Virus record (IMG/VR): IMGVR_UViG_3300020445_001222
Span: 1-57,441 of that record
Strand: one strand, 5' to 3'
DNA: 57,441 bases
DNA from: a virus
Taxonomy: Duplodnaviria > Caudoviricetes
The notes under the pieces were generated by a model. That model made no database searches and had not been told where the DNA came from. It worked only from the letters and a program-made list of their open reading frames with translations. Position 1 is the first letter of the stretch. Each line of letters starts with the position of its first letter. The position numbers were made by a program, and so were the translations under genes. Shown piece after piece: positions 1-9,815 of this stretch.

Positions 1-530
1 GCGAACTCGTCAAGAAAGATGACATTATAGGATCCACCTCGGACAGCAGATGAAGAAGTAGAGTTTGCCGATATTTTACTCCCATTTTCTAACTCCAGTG
101 ATCCTTTGTTCCATGCAATAATACCTTGCTGCATCCAAGTGGGTAAATTTTCATAAGCAAGTTGTAACCTACCAAGTAGATCTCTAGCAGTTGATGCTTT
201 GTTTGCTAGTATTGCTATATTGACATTATCATTAAAAACTGCATAATGCAACAAATACGACACACAAGTTGTAGATTTACCTGTCTGTCTAGGCATTTTA
301 CAGATATTAAATCTGTTTCCATGGAAGTTTTCTAATAACTTCTGCTGAAATGGATATAATTTAAACGGTTGTAACCCATGATCAAGGGTTACTATTTTTA
401 TATAATTTTTCGCAAAATATACAGGATCTTCCCTGCATTTTATAAATTCTAGTATTTGCTCCTCTGTAAAATTAATTGGAGTATTCGCTTTTTTCAGATT
501 TGGATTACCCAAATATACATTATCACTCAT
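1..530 (-). CDS. gp17: Terminase large subunit, N-terminal part (runs off window start)
   Basis: Manual translation from ATG 530: MSDNVYLGNPNLKKAN...MPRQTGKST (Walker A)...VIFLDEFA (Walker B); AGGAGA RBS upstream. Confidence 0.96.
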   Translation of the reverse strand, partial: MSDNVYLGNPNLKKANTPINFTEEQILEFIKCREDPVYFAKNYIKIVTLDHGLQPFKLYPFQQKLLENFHGNRFNICKMPRQTGKSTTCVSYLLHYAVFNDNVNIAILANKASTARDLLGRLQLAYENLPTWMQQGIIAWNKGSLELENGSKISANSTSSSAVRGGSYNVIFLDEF

Positions 531-538
531 AGAATCTC

Positions 539-781
539 CTATGTCATTTCATTGGGAAAATGTTTTACAGGTTTGTGGTTTGGAAGCAAACCATTAGCAT
601 GTTGATCATGCTCTATAGTTTGTTGTGCAAGACTTACCATTTTCTCCAAGTTTTGAATCCTCTTTTCAAGATTCTCTACTTGCGGGTCCAGTCCATCTTT
701 GCCAGATTGTGTTTTCTTGTCCAAGTTTTTCTCTCCAGTCGTAATGCGATAACTGAAGTTTCTCACTAGCAATAAGATCAC
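539..781 (-). CDS. Small hypothetical protein, coiled-coil-like; true start probably downstream of 781
   Basis: Fills gap before gp17; VENLEKRIQNLEKMV heptads; overlaps previous ORF. Confidence 0.45.
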   Translation of the reverse strand: MILLLVRNFSYRITTGEKNLDKKTQSGKDGLDPQVENLEKRIQNLEKMVSLAQQTIEHDQHANGLLPNHKPVKHFPNEMT

Positions 782-1175
782 TACCTATACCTTTTGAAGG
801 TCGCAAGGGTTCAGGAGACACAACATCTATAAATTCTGCATAATGTTTACCATTAGCATCCTCTATTGAAACAGAATTCTCCATATAACTGGATGCAGAA
901 TCCATTTTATCTGTAGTTGTTGTTATTTGTGCTTGAACCCACGCAGGTATATCTTTCTCTTTCTTGCCTAATGCTTTTTTAAGTTTAGCGATGTTTCGTT
1001 CAGTTTTGGATAACTGCTTATGCGCCATTGAAACTTCGTGATCCTTGTTCTCCTTTTCTTCGGAGACATCTTTTTTGACTAAAATTCCATCGGGTTGTAC
1101 CATATATCCCTCTGGAATTAACTTACATTTTTCATCGGTATTACAATAGTAATATCCTTTTTTACAGGACTCCAT
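666..1175 (-). CDS. Hypothetical protein between gp16 and gp17
   Basis: 169-aa ORF in operon; N-terminal CKKGYYYCNTDEKCK Cys motif. Confidence 0.75.
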   Translation of the reverse strand: MESCKKGYYYCNTDEKCKLIPEGYMVQPDGILVKKDVSEEKENKDHEVSMAHKQLSKTERNIAKLKKALGKKEKDIPAWVQAQITTTTDKMDSASSYMENSVSIEDANGKHYAEFIDVVSPEPLRPSKGIGSDLIASEKLQLSHYDWREKLGQENTIWQRWTGPASRES

Positions 1176-1183
1176 TTGTAAGT

Positions 1184-1621
1184 TTAAGTGTCTGATGTAC
1201 TATTATTTATCATTCCTTGCTTTAGTAACTTTGCTAGATCTGAAGTTGACCCCACATATAATGCATTATTTGTTACGTTATTTGTAGTAGTTTTAGGTGT
1301 ATCCTCTTCTAAAACTTTAAGTTTTTTCTGCAAATCTATTAACTTATCTGTAGTATCTGCAACGCTTTTAATTAATTGCCCTGCAACTTCATATGCTCTA
1401 GCACTAGCACCTTCTTCTGCAACCTCCATGATTCCATTGATTGCTTCCTGGCCCTTTTCAATCAAAGAATATAAGTTACCTCTAGTATATTCATAGTCTT
1501 TTTGAATATCTTTATCATCAGATTTTAGACTTTTTACAATCTTCACCTCTTGAGGTTCTGATTTAACGATATCAGAAGCAGTGTTAAGAGCATTATTTAA
1601 ATCTTCAAATTGATCTTTCAT
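1184..1621 (-). CDS. gp16: Terminase small subunit
   Basis: DYEYTRGNL, ARAYEVAGQLIK, YVGSTSDL motifs; synteny gp15-gp16-gp17. Confidence 0.93.
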   Translation of the reverse strand: MKDQFEDLNNALNTASDIVKSEPQEVKIVKSLKSDDKDIQKDYEYTRGNLYSLIEKGQEAINGIMEVAEEGASARAYEVAGQLIKSVADTTDKLIDLQKKLKVLEEDTPKTTTNNVTNNALYVGSTSDLAKLLKQGMINNSTSDT

Positions 1622-2443
1622 TTACTTTCCGTCCTGAAAGAACTCCAATCCTTCGGAGAATCCAAAATCATCTCCAGGACCAAGTAAAGCATCATCTATT
1701 GTATCAATAACACCATCGCTATTTTTATCTTCTGTTGCTTTTGGTGTAACTGTATACCTCATTTCTCTCTTAGCAGTTACTGGATCAGTATTAGTATAGT
1801 AATCAACTTCAACTTTCTTGATAAGACCTTCAGGACTATCAGCGATTTTACCGAATAGATATGTCTTAGCAGTAAAGTTTAGTGTGTAAATAAGTGCTCT
1901 TCTTGTAGAAAAATCTCCTTCATAATCATCTATAAAAGAAACATTATTTAAAACTATTGGAATATCTCTTTTTTCTCCAATAGATTTAACTAGATCAATA
2001 GTTACATTAAGAGATGGTTGAAAGAATGGTAATATCTGTTCTACGATTTGTAATGCATCATCATTTAACTTACAATATACATTCAATTCAAATCCAATAT
2101 TGTATGGAACAGGCATATAAACTTTTCTCATTGTTGAAGATGCTGTATCAACTGCTCTGAATGTTTGAGTCATTCCTGTCTTTCTTGTTCCATCATAAGT
2201 TAAAGATGTCATTTCAAAAGACATTCTTGGTAAAGATATTGCTACTGCCTTATTTAAATCTGATTGTTGAGTTAATCTTGCTAAAAATTTCTGTCTTGGG
2301 GCATATGCTAATGGAACCCTCATTTCATCAACAACATCATCCGTCTGTCCATCATAATGCTTAATATGAATATTATTAAACAATGTTCCGAAAGATACAA
2401 TGCTCTTTCTCATTATTTCGTGGTAGTAATGACTTCCTAACAT
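1622..2443 (-). CDS. gp15: Tail sheath stabilizer / tail completion protein
   Basis: FGTLFNNI, VPLAYAP, LPRMSFE, QIVEQILPFFQP motifs. Confidence 0.95.
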   Translation of the reverse strand: MLGSHYYHEIMRKSIVSFGTLFNNIHIKHYDGQTDDVVDEMRVPLAYAPRQKFLARLTQQSDLNKAVAISLPRMSFEMTSLTYDGTRKTGMTQTFRAVDTASSTMRKVYMPVPYNIGFELNVYCKLNDDALQIVEQILPFFQPSLNVTIDLVKSIGEKRDIPIVLNNVSFIDDYEGDFSTRRALIYTLNFTAKTYLFGKIADSPEGLIKKVEVDYYTNTDPVTAKREMRYTVTPKATEDKNSDGVIDTIDDALLGPGDDFGFSEGLEFFQDGK

Positions 2444-5400
2444 TATACTTCGCCAAATGGGTTAACTTCTGTAAAATCTAAAATCATATCTGCTTCTCCT
2501 TCAAATAGATCATTTTGATTATAATCATCTATATTCTGAACTGAACCTGCTGCAGGTACTTCAGAGAGTAACATATACTTATCTAAAACATATATAGCAC
2601 CCGAAGACTGTCCAATAATATTTTCTCCTACATCAAATGTTCCATTTTCTTGTCCAATTTGAAGAACACCTTCTTCCTGGTCCCAATTCTTAACTCGTGC
2701 ACTTACACTAGAACTTGCACCAATAACAACCTCATTGAACCAGAATGTTCCTATTCCTGCATTTCCACCAAGTGCTGCTGGATCTTGTACCAATACCGTG
2801 CAAGGTCCGAGATAACCTGCACCTGGACTGGTGATATTAATACGTTCAATATCATTTGCTGTATCATCAAGAACAACAACACCAGTGGCAGTTGAGAATC
2901 CAGATTGTCCATCCCTATCACCAATAGTATTAGCAATACTTACTGTAGGTGGCACAGTATATCCAATACCTGTTTTAGTAAATGTTATACTATCAATCAC
3001 TCCATCAAGACCAACATTTCCATATCCCTCTGCTGTTTGTCCAAGTGGAGCATCAATAGTTACACTAGGAGCAGATAGATATCCTCCACCCATAGTTAGA
3101 ATTTCAAATTCGCTTATCTGTCCATAACCATTTAATTTTGCTCTACCTGTTGCTGTAAATTCAGTAGCAGTTCCAGTTGGATCACTAACCACAATAGTAG
3201 GTGTAGTTAGATAACCAGCACCTGAAGATGCGATAGAAACTGTATTTACAAATCCTTCGCTAATAGTTGCTGTTGCTGTTGCTCTAAAATTAGTTGCAAC
3301 ACCAATTGGTGTATCTATAATTGCAGAATTTACAGCAGTTACTATTCCTGTTAAAGTAGAACTACTATTAACAAGAGATGCCACTTCTCCATTTTCAATA
3401 GTTGTATCAATACTTAATTCTTGCTCAGAACCTATTTGATTTTCAAAATCATCATAAGTTACTGTATCAGAATCTACAGTATATGAGGAAATGCCACTAG
3501 ATGGTGGTGTTGATGAAGCAGACCCAATAATAATAGTTGAGAATATATCATCTACAAAAATACCACTATTATAGGAGTTCTTTAAAATAGGTGGTGTTAA
3601 ATTAGCATTAGTTATCAGTTCTTTATCTCCTGCTAATGGGAAGAATACACTTGAATAATCTCCACCATCTACTGATAGAGAAATTTTCTGAGCACCAAAT
3701 TCATTCTTAGATTCTACGTAAGCATAATGCCAAGCATCATCTCTTACAGATCCACCAACAGTAGATGCAACAGATACTGTTCCAATACCCAATTCAACAT
3801 TTCCATTGGTGTTTATTCTTAAATTAGTATCTTCTGCTTTACTACCATTACTATCTTTATTTAATTCTAAGAATGTTGAAACACCTGTTGTAGAACTTTG
3901 AGTTTTAAAGAATAATTGAACAGCACCTTCTGCACCAATAGTAGTTTGATTTCCTTTCCATGTTAAATTTCTATCGCTATCAGCATCAATTAATTTCCAT
4001 GCTACTGTTCCAAATCTTGGAGAAGTGGCATCAAATCCTGCAGATAATGTAAGATATTTGATAGTAAGTGTTGGTGGACTTAGATAATATCTACCTACAC
4101 TAGTTAAACTATAAGAGAATGTAGATATCCCAAGATTTGATGTGAATGTTGTATTAGCAGTTGCTGTAGATGCAATTCCTGTAGGAGAATCAATTGTTAA
4201 TATTGGATTTCCAACGTAGAATTGTCCAGAAGAAGCAATTGATACAGTCTCAAGGTTTTCATTTGCATTTATTGTAGCACTAACGACTGCAGTAGATCCA
4301 ACTCCAGTAGGAGCAGAAAGTGTTACAGTAGGTTCTACACTATATCCTATACCCGCATTACCAACTGAAAGACTTACTAATTTTTCATTTGCAATTGCTG
4401 TATTTGCTGTTGCTTGTACAAATCCAGAACCAGATGGTGGAGTTATTGTAACACCTATCTTCCCATCTGGATCATAGTTACTTCCACCACTACTTAAAGA
4501 TATTCCAGTAACTATATTATTTGCTACTACTGCTGTTCCTGCTGCCCCAGTATAAGTTGGAGATCCAAAGGTTATTAGAGGAACATCAGTATAACCATTT
4601 CCAGAAGAAATAACATTTGCTCTAGTTACACCTTGCCTATAAGTTTCAATACCTGCAGTTGCAGCTGCACCAACACCTCCACCTCCAGAAATAGTAATTG
4701 TAGGTTCTGAAAGATATCCTTTACCAGCATCAGTCAATACAATTTCTTTTATTGACCTCTGTCCTCCGATGGATGTTGTAATAGCAACTGCAGTAGCAGT
4801 TCTACCACTAGCAGGTGCTGCTGAAAATGTTACTGTTGGTGTTGAATAATAACCATATCCATCATTATCCAAATGTACATTTCTTACATAACCAGTTGCC
4901 ATATCAACACCGATAGTAGCAGTATTTCCATAACCAATCATCTTAAGATTGATAATTTCTCCAACATTAGATACTTTAGTATCAATTGCTTCTATACCAG
5001 TATCAATAACCTCATTTTCATATTCAAATAATTCACACTGAAGTTCATAAACATAATTCTTTTGTAATTGGTAGAATGGATTCTCATGTTCTACAAATTT
5101 TACTTCAAAAAATCTACCACCTAATGGGAAGTATATTAAATCACCCTCTCTAGGTCTATGTGCAAGTTCTGTTTCATATGCATCTCCCATTGCTAAAAAT
5201 GGTGCAATATAGTCTTCCCATCTTTCCTTAGATATAGTTACAACCAATTCATCCTTGAGTTGCATACCAAATTTGGTTAATACATCTCCACCACCTGTAT
5301 ATCCATCATATGTGTTTACATATGCTTCTATTAAAAAATTATCATCAAATTCTGAACTTTGTACTTCCTGAAAAACTTGTTTTCTATTTTTTATTTCTCT

Positions 5401-5511
5401 AGGTAAATAATAAACCTCAATACCAAACATCCTCAACTGTTCGTTGATGAGATCTTGTACAAGTCTTTGTTCTGATGCAGATCCTTGAAGGAAGAATGGA
5501 TTTAATGGCAT
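2443..5511 (-). CDS. gp14: Neck protein gp14 with large repeat insertion
   Basis: N-terminal LNPFF..EQRLVQDLINEQL, PREGDLIYFPL, FEVKFVEHENPFYQL; C-terminal DFTEVNPFGE; many GxGY..PTV repeats between. Confidence 0.92.
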   Translation of the reverse strand: MPLNPFFLQGSASEQRLVQDLINEQLRMFGIEVYYLPREIKNRKQVFQEVQSSEFDDNFLIEAYVNTYDGYTGGGDVLTKFGMQLKDELVVTISKERWEDYIAPFLAMGDAYETELAHRPREGDLIYFPLGGRFFEVKFVEHENPFYQLQKNYVYELQCELFEYENEVIDTGIEAIDTKVSNVGEIINLKMIGYGNTATIGVDMATGYVRNVHLDNDGYGYYSTPTVTFSAAPASGRTATAVAITTSIGGQRSIKEIVLTDAGKGYLSEPTITISGGGGVGAAATAGIETYRQGVTRANVISSGNGYTDVPLITFGSPTYTGAAGTAVVANNIVTGISLSSGGSNYDPDGKIGVTITPPSGSGFVQATANTAIANEKLVSLSVGNAGIGYSVEPTVTLSAPTGVGSTAVVSATINANENLETVSIASSGQFYVGNPILTIDSPTGIASTATANTTFTSNLGISTFSYSLTSVGRYYLSPPTLTIKYLTLSAGFDATSPRFGTVAWKLIDADSDRNLTWKGNQTTIGAEGAVQLFFKTQSSTTGVSTFLELNKDSNGSKAEDTNLRINTNGNVELGIGTVSVASTVGGSVRDDAWHYAYVESKNEFGAQKISLSVDGGDYSSVFFPLAGDKELITNANLTPPILKNSYNSGIFVDDIFSTIIIGSASSTPPSSGISSYTVDSDTVTYDDFENQIGSEQELSIDTTIENGEVASLVNSSSTLTGIVTAVNSAIIDTPIGVATNFRATATATISEGFVNTVSIASSGAGYLTTPTIVVSDPTGTATEFTATGRAKLNGYGQISEFEILTMGGGYLSAPSVTIDAPLGQTAEGYGNVGLDGVIDSITFTKTGIGYTVPPTVSIANTIGDRDGQSGFSTATGVVVLDDTANDIERINITSPGAGYLGPCTVLVQDPAALGGNAGIGTFWFNEVVIGASSSVSARVKNWDQEEGVLQIGQENGTFDVGENIIGQSSGAIYVLDKYMLLSEVPAAGSVQNIDDYNQNDLFEGEADMILDFTEVNPFGEV

Positions 5512-6344
5512 TATCCTATCATATCTAGAGGTGGTAATTCATATGTTGATGACATTTGATCTCTGATCTCCTTAACTTCGTCAACACCATCTTGATAGAT
5601 TTCTCTACCGTTAAATTCTATTCCACCAGGTAATTTTACTCCTCTAAATTTAATTAAATTTTGTCCCCATTGCTTTTTGATAAGGGCAGTGCAATATCTC
5701 TTTAAAAAACTATCATTATAAACATTAGTGAAAGTTGAAGGATCTAATACCCTATAACAATCAAGAACAATATATTGATCTTTATCCTGAGATTCCCAAT
5801 CTATATCAAGATATAATCTATTTTGTCTCTTATTAAATCTTATTTGTTTATCAGTTGTAAGTAAAAAATCAATATCTTCCAAATATCTCTTTGTCATTGA
5901 ATATTGCAATAACTGAACTGAGTTAAAGAAATATAAATCATTTAAAAATAACTGATATTTAATACTAAACATACCACCAGATATTGAACTAGTATCAAAT
6001 TTAAATATCTTTTCAACACCAATTACAGAATCTGGAACATTTATATAATTTGCATTTTCATACCAAGTACTACTTCCGTAACCCCCCGCAGCAGTTCCAG
6101 TTGTTGATGTGACACTAGTTCCACTTGGAGGATCCGCCCTTCCTCTATCAAGATCATCTTGAGTAATTAAATATTTTAAATACATCCTCTCGACACCATC
6201 AAAGTGTCTTTCTTGGAAATATTGAATTGCATCATCAACTATATCATCAAGTTGCTCATCCGATACATTAACTTCGAGAACTGGTGCACCAAGTTGCCTT
6301 AAGCAGTGATCTATTAACTCCTGTTTAGTGGTGGGCTTTGCCAT
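5511..6344 (-). CDS. gp13: Neck protein gp13
   Basis: LRQLGAPVLEVNV, KKQWGQNLIKF, LPGGIEFNG motifs. Confidence 0.95.
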   Translation of the reverse strand: MAKPTTKQELIDHCLRQLGAPVLEVNVSDEQLDDIVDDAIQYFQERHFDGVERMYLKYLITQDDLDRGRADPPSGTSVTSTTGTAAGGYGSSTWYENANYINVPDSVIGVEKIFKFDTSSISGGMFSIKYQLFLNDLYFFNSVQLLQYSMTKRYLEDIDFLLTTDKQIRFNKRQNRLYLDIDWESQDKDQYIVLDCYRVLDPSTFTNVYNDSFLKRYCTALIKKQWGQNLIKFRGVKLPGGIEFNGREIYQDGVDEVKEIRDQMSSTYELPPLDMIG

Positions 6345-6347
6345 TAG

Positions 6348-6656
6348 TTAGAAATCTCCTTCATCCTCTCTATTTATTGTTTTCGGTTTAGTTTTCGACT
6401 TTGATTTAGGAGCAGTAACTATTTCCTCTTCTTTATCTGCTCGTTCCAACTCTGCTCTCTTTAATCCTACTACAACTTCTTTTGCATGTTCTAACTCTTT
6501 AAGCAAGTCAGTAACCTGTTTATTCAGTGCGTCTATAGTATTATTATTTTGACCAACTCTTGCTTCAAGTGCTATTACTTGAGCAAGTAAATCCGCAGAT
6601 TTTCGTTGATATGTAGATAACAAAACCTGATAATCTAATTCATTATTCGGCATCAC
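6348..6656 (-). CDS. Hypothetical coiled-coil protein
   Basis: 102-aa ORF with heptad pattern, directly downstream of a late promoter. Confidence 0.75.
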   Translation of the reverse strand: MMPNNELDYQVLLSTYQRKSADLLAQVIALEARVGQNNNTIDALNKQVTDLLKELEHAKEVVVGLKRAELERADKEEEIVTAPKSKSKTKPKTINREDEGDF

Positions 6657-6673
6657 TAATTATTCAATTGTAT

Positions 6674-6681
6674 TATTTATA
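6674..6681 (-). promoter_or_regulatory. T4-type late promoter TATAAATA
   Basis: Exact consensus on minus strand in the intergenic gap. Confidence 0.8.
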
Positions 6682-6684
6682 CTA

Positions 6685-8835
6685 CTAGAAGGAACCTCCG
6701 TCAACAGTTATGTTCTGTAAAACTCTATTACTACCATCGTGCCCAATTACCTGAGACTGTCCTGCAGCATCATTAACCCATAAACCACCAACTTCAAAGT
6801 TTGCGTAAACAATTTCTGTCATAACATTTGAAGATTCAGTAACTGATGATGCAACTGCAACTCTCTGTGCAGAATCATCCCAGTATACTGCAGCAGTTTT
6901 AGCAGCAGATCCTGTATAATAATGCATTATCATACCAACATCAAGGTTACTGTCAGAAGATGGTGCTACTAAGTCGCCACCACTATTAACAAGTCCAAGT
7001 TCAATTATCGGATCTTCAACCTTTAATGCCTCTGTATTAACAATAAACTGAGAACCTAAAACTGTAATATCTCCAGTAACAGTAACACTACTTGCGAAAC
7101 TTACATTACCAGTAGTATTAGCAAGTGTCATTGCATCTGTTCCATCAGACGCTTTAACAGCACCTGCTTGTATATTAGGAACAGTTAGAGTATCTGTGTT
7201 TGCATTATACTTGAGTTGTGGATCAACAAACATGGTCTGTCCAAGACCTGTTGCTGCTAAATCTCCAGCAGATGCATTTACAAATGATAAGTATCTGTCG
7301 TTTGTATCAGCAACTGAACTAACGTCAATAGAACTTGATCTTTGTGCAGTTGAGATAGAACCTGAAATAGTACCGTTAATCTGTCCAGTAACAATTAAGT
7401 CTGAAGTAACTCTTACAGAATCAGATCCAGTAGCAGCTCTTAAATATAAATCTCCAGAATTCGTACTAATAGTATTAGCATCTACTGTAGCAATACCAAT
7501 ATTACCTGCAACAATACCCTTTCCAGGTCCGTGTGTAGCAGTAATACCATTGGTAAATGTAGACATTCCTGTTACATTCTGCTGTGCACTAATATCAATA
7601 GTATTAGAAGAGGCATCTAATTTTAGATTTCCTGCAGAAGTATTGATTGTTGTGTTATCAACAACACCAATTTGAACTTCTGAAATAGTAGCACTACCAT
7701 TAACTGTCTGATTACCTGTTATGGTTTGAGCACCTTGTACTAGTTGAGTTGCATCAACAACAACTTCATTATTCTGAGAATCAAGGATTAAAGGACCATT
7801 ATCAGAGTAAATTGTACGTTCGGAAGTTAATCCAATTTGTACCGTTCCAAAATCAGCACCATTTGTAGCAGTAACAATACCACTTAAACTAGCATTAGCA
7901 AATGTTTTACCTGCTGAAGCATCACCAAGGTTATACGTATTATCAGTTTCAGGTAAGATATTTCCTGCAACATCTGCATTAATAGTAATAACATCAGTTT
8001 CAGCATTACCAAGATTTACGTTACCGTTAATTACGGTAGCACCTTGTAGTGTTGATGTACCAGTAACACTTAAACCTGCACCAATATATGCGTTCTGAGC
8101 TACACTTAATCCACCTTTAATATCTACAGCACCTGTTCCTGCAGCATTTGTTTGTTCTGTACTTGCAAATGTTGTAATTCCAGTAACACTTAATCCTGCA
8201 CCAACATATAAATCTCTAGCAATTCCAGCACCACCATCAACGATTAAAGCACCTGTTTGTGATGAAGATGAAGGAGTAGTTGCATCTATGTTTACAGCAC
8301 CGACAAAAGTACCCATTCCACCAACTTTCAAGTTGGCACCAATATTTGCTGATAGTTCTATACCAAGACCACCTTCTGTTTTTAATGCACCTGTATCTTT
8401 ATCAGATGAATCAGTGGTATTAGTAATATCTACTCTACCTTGGAAAGTTGATAGACCTGTTACATATAAAGCACTTAGAGTAGTCTGTGTTAGTGAACTA
8501 GACCAAGAAAGAGTACCAGCAGCATTCGTTACTAGAGTTCCACCATCTACTGGTGTTTCTGGAAAAACGTATGTTGTAACACCAGATAAAGTATTCGGTG
8601 CTCTTAATGCAATTCTATTGGTTCCGTCTCTATCTACTAAATTTAACCTTAAAGAATCTATACCATCTTCTCTAGTCCAATATCTCGACGCTCCTAAAAA
8701 TTTGTTTCCGTTTGAGGTTCCGTCTAAACCTACATAGAAATCGTACTTGTCAGTTGAAAAACCTGGTTCACCAGCATTTAATGCAGGGAGTCCTGCATAC
8801 GTACCTCGTTTAAACTGAATAACAGCGGCTGCCAT
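6685..8835 (-). CDS. Tail fibre / fibre-like virion protein
   Basis: N-terminal IQFKRGT...LNAGEPGF fibre-type motif; GALxVxGGxGI repeats; G/T/S/A-rich; ends VDGGSF. Confidence 0.8.
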   Translation of the reverse strand: MAAAVIQFKRGTYAGLPALNAGEPGFSTDKYDFYVGLDGTSNGNKFLGASRYWTREDGIDSLRLNLVDRDGTNRIALRAPNTLSGVTTYVFPETPVDGGTLVTNAAGTLSWSSSLTQTTLSALYVTGLSTFQGRVDITNTTDSSDKDTGALKTEGGLGIELSANIGANLKVGGMGTFVGAVNIDATTPSSSSQTGALIVDGGAGIARDLYVGAGLSVTGITTFASTEQTNAAGTGAVDIKGGLSVAQNAYIGAGLSVTGTSTLQGATVINGNVNLGNAETDVITINADVAGNILPETDNTYNLGDASAGKTFANASLSGIVTATNGADFGTVQIGLTSERTIYSDNGPLILDSQNNEVVVDATQLVQGAQTITGNQTVNGSATISEVQIGVVDNTTINTSAGNLKLDASSNTIDISAQQNVTGMSTFTNGITATHGPGKGIVAGNIGIATVDANTISTNSGDLYLRAATGSDSVRVTSDLIVTGQINGTISGSISTAQRSSSIDVSSVADTNDRYLSFVNASAGDLAATGLGQTMFVDPQLKYNANTDTLTVPNIQAGAVKASDGTDAMTLANTTGNVSFASSVTVTGDITVLGSQFIVNTEALKVEDPIIELGLVNSGGDLVAPSSDSNLDVGMIMHYYTGSAAKTAAVYWDDSAQRVAVASSVTESSNVMTEIVYANFEVGGLWVNDAAGQSQVIGHDGSNRVLQNITVDGGSF

Positions 8836-8897
8836 TTAATTATGCCCTCATTTGAGAATATTACATTTATTTCACTTTATTCATTCAATCTAAGATG

Positions 8898-8905
8898 TAT
8901 TTATA
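8898..8905 (-). promoter_or_regulatory. T4-type late promoter TATAAATA
   Basis: Exact consensus upstream of the fibre gene. Confidence 0.75.
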
Positions 8906-8912
8906 ATTTAAA

Positions 8913-9230
8913 CTACCAAACCCCACCATCCATATCAACATTAGCACTTCTGCTAGTATCTGTATCCAATGCATCCAAGAATGCATCGGGCAATCCACTG
9001 CTTCCAATTACTGTTCCAGTAGTAGAAGCTGCTGATGTTAGAACAACATCTGGATCTACAAATTCATATTTTTGAGTATTAGCATTATATGTCAGAACGA
9101 ACCTATGTGCCTGAGTACTAGTATCTACATCAGATACATCTGATAATTTACTCCCCGAACCAGCCAATGAATTTGATGCAATAACTTTAATAGCGTTAGT
9201 TGCTCCAACTCTTGCTCTGATACTTGACAT
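8913..9230 (-). CDS. Small virion-associated protein
   Basis: LSDVSDVD and VLTYNANTQKY fibre-type motifs; ends MDGGVW, like the neighbour's DGGSF. Confidence 0.75.
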   Translation of the reverse strand: MSSIRARVGATNAIKVIASNSLAGSGSKLSDVSDVDTSTQAHRFVLTYNANTQKYEFVDPDVVLTSAASTTGTVIGSSGLPDAFLDALDTDTSRSANVDMDGGVW

Positions 9231-9575
9231 TTAAGTTACCCCTTCTCGTACTAATACACTTCCTTCAATCACTCTTGTTTTTAGAGTTGTGGTATTTGAT
9301 GTTATAACAACGTCATAAACATGTCTTCCTGCTTTTAATGCTGATGTTTGAGTATCAGTTAATGCAAGAGAAACAGTTCCATTAGTAGCATTTTCAATGG
9401 TAGCAGTAAATGAAGTTGCTGTACTATCAGCAGCTCCAGCATGCTTTTTTATAGCAGCTGATATTGAATATCCCGTTAAATTGAAGGAGGTATCACCCTG
9501 TGTATTAGCAAGGTTAAATATCTGACTAAAATCAGCTCCTTGATTGATTTGGAGATTAGCAACGTAGACTGCCAT
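9231..9575 (-). CDS. Small virion structural protein (Ig/BppU-like)
   Basis: INQGADF...LTDTQT..LKAGRHVYDVVI..RVIEG pattern. Confidence 0.8.
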   Translation of the reverse strand: MAVYVANLQINQGADFSQIFNLANTQGDTSFNLTGYSISAAIKKHAGAADSTATSFTATIENATNGTVSLALTDTQTSALKAGRHVYDVVITSNTTTLKTRVIEGSVLVREGVT

Positions 9576-9608
9576 TAATTATGCTCAAATATAATTTCTA
9601 GTTATAAT

Positions 9609-9615
9609 TATTTAG
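9609..9615 (-). promoter_or_regulatory. Probable late promoter (CTAAATA)
   Basis: TAAATA core about 35 nt upstream of the ATG at 9575. Confidence 0.5.
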
Positions 9616-9815
9616 TGTTTAGTCAATTCAGTTAGTAGTTTCTTTATTTCACTTAATTCATTCTTTACGTCATCAAGTTCTTTCTTTTCTAGTATTCTTC
9701 TTTCCTTTTCAGAAACGTATTGTGAATACCCAAAAGTGTCCGTGTTTACAATAGCACCAGACTTTGCATCTCGATACAAATTCCGTTCATTTTCAACTCT
9801 AATCAAATCGGACAT
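9612..9815 (-). CDS. Conserved small hypothetical protein
   Basis: LYRDAKSGAIVN motif plus C-terminal coiled coil; coupled to upstream stop. Confidence 0.8.
   Translation of the reverse strand: MSDLIRVENERNLYRDAKSGAIVNTDTFGYSQYVSEKERRILEKKELDDVKNELSEIKKLLTELTKH

Noticed and set aside
8842-9075. 77-aa plus-strand ORF
   Set aside because: Antisense to the 8913-9230 gene and crosses a late promoter
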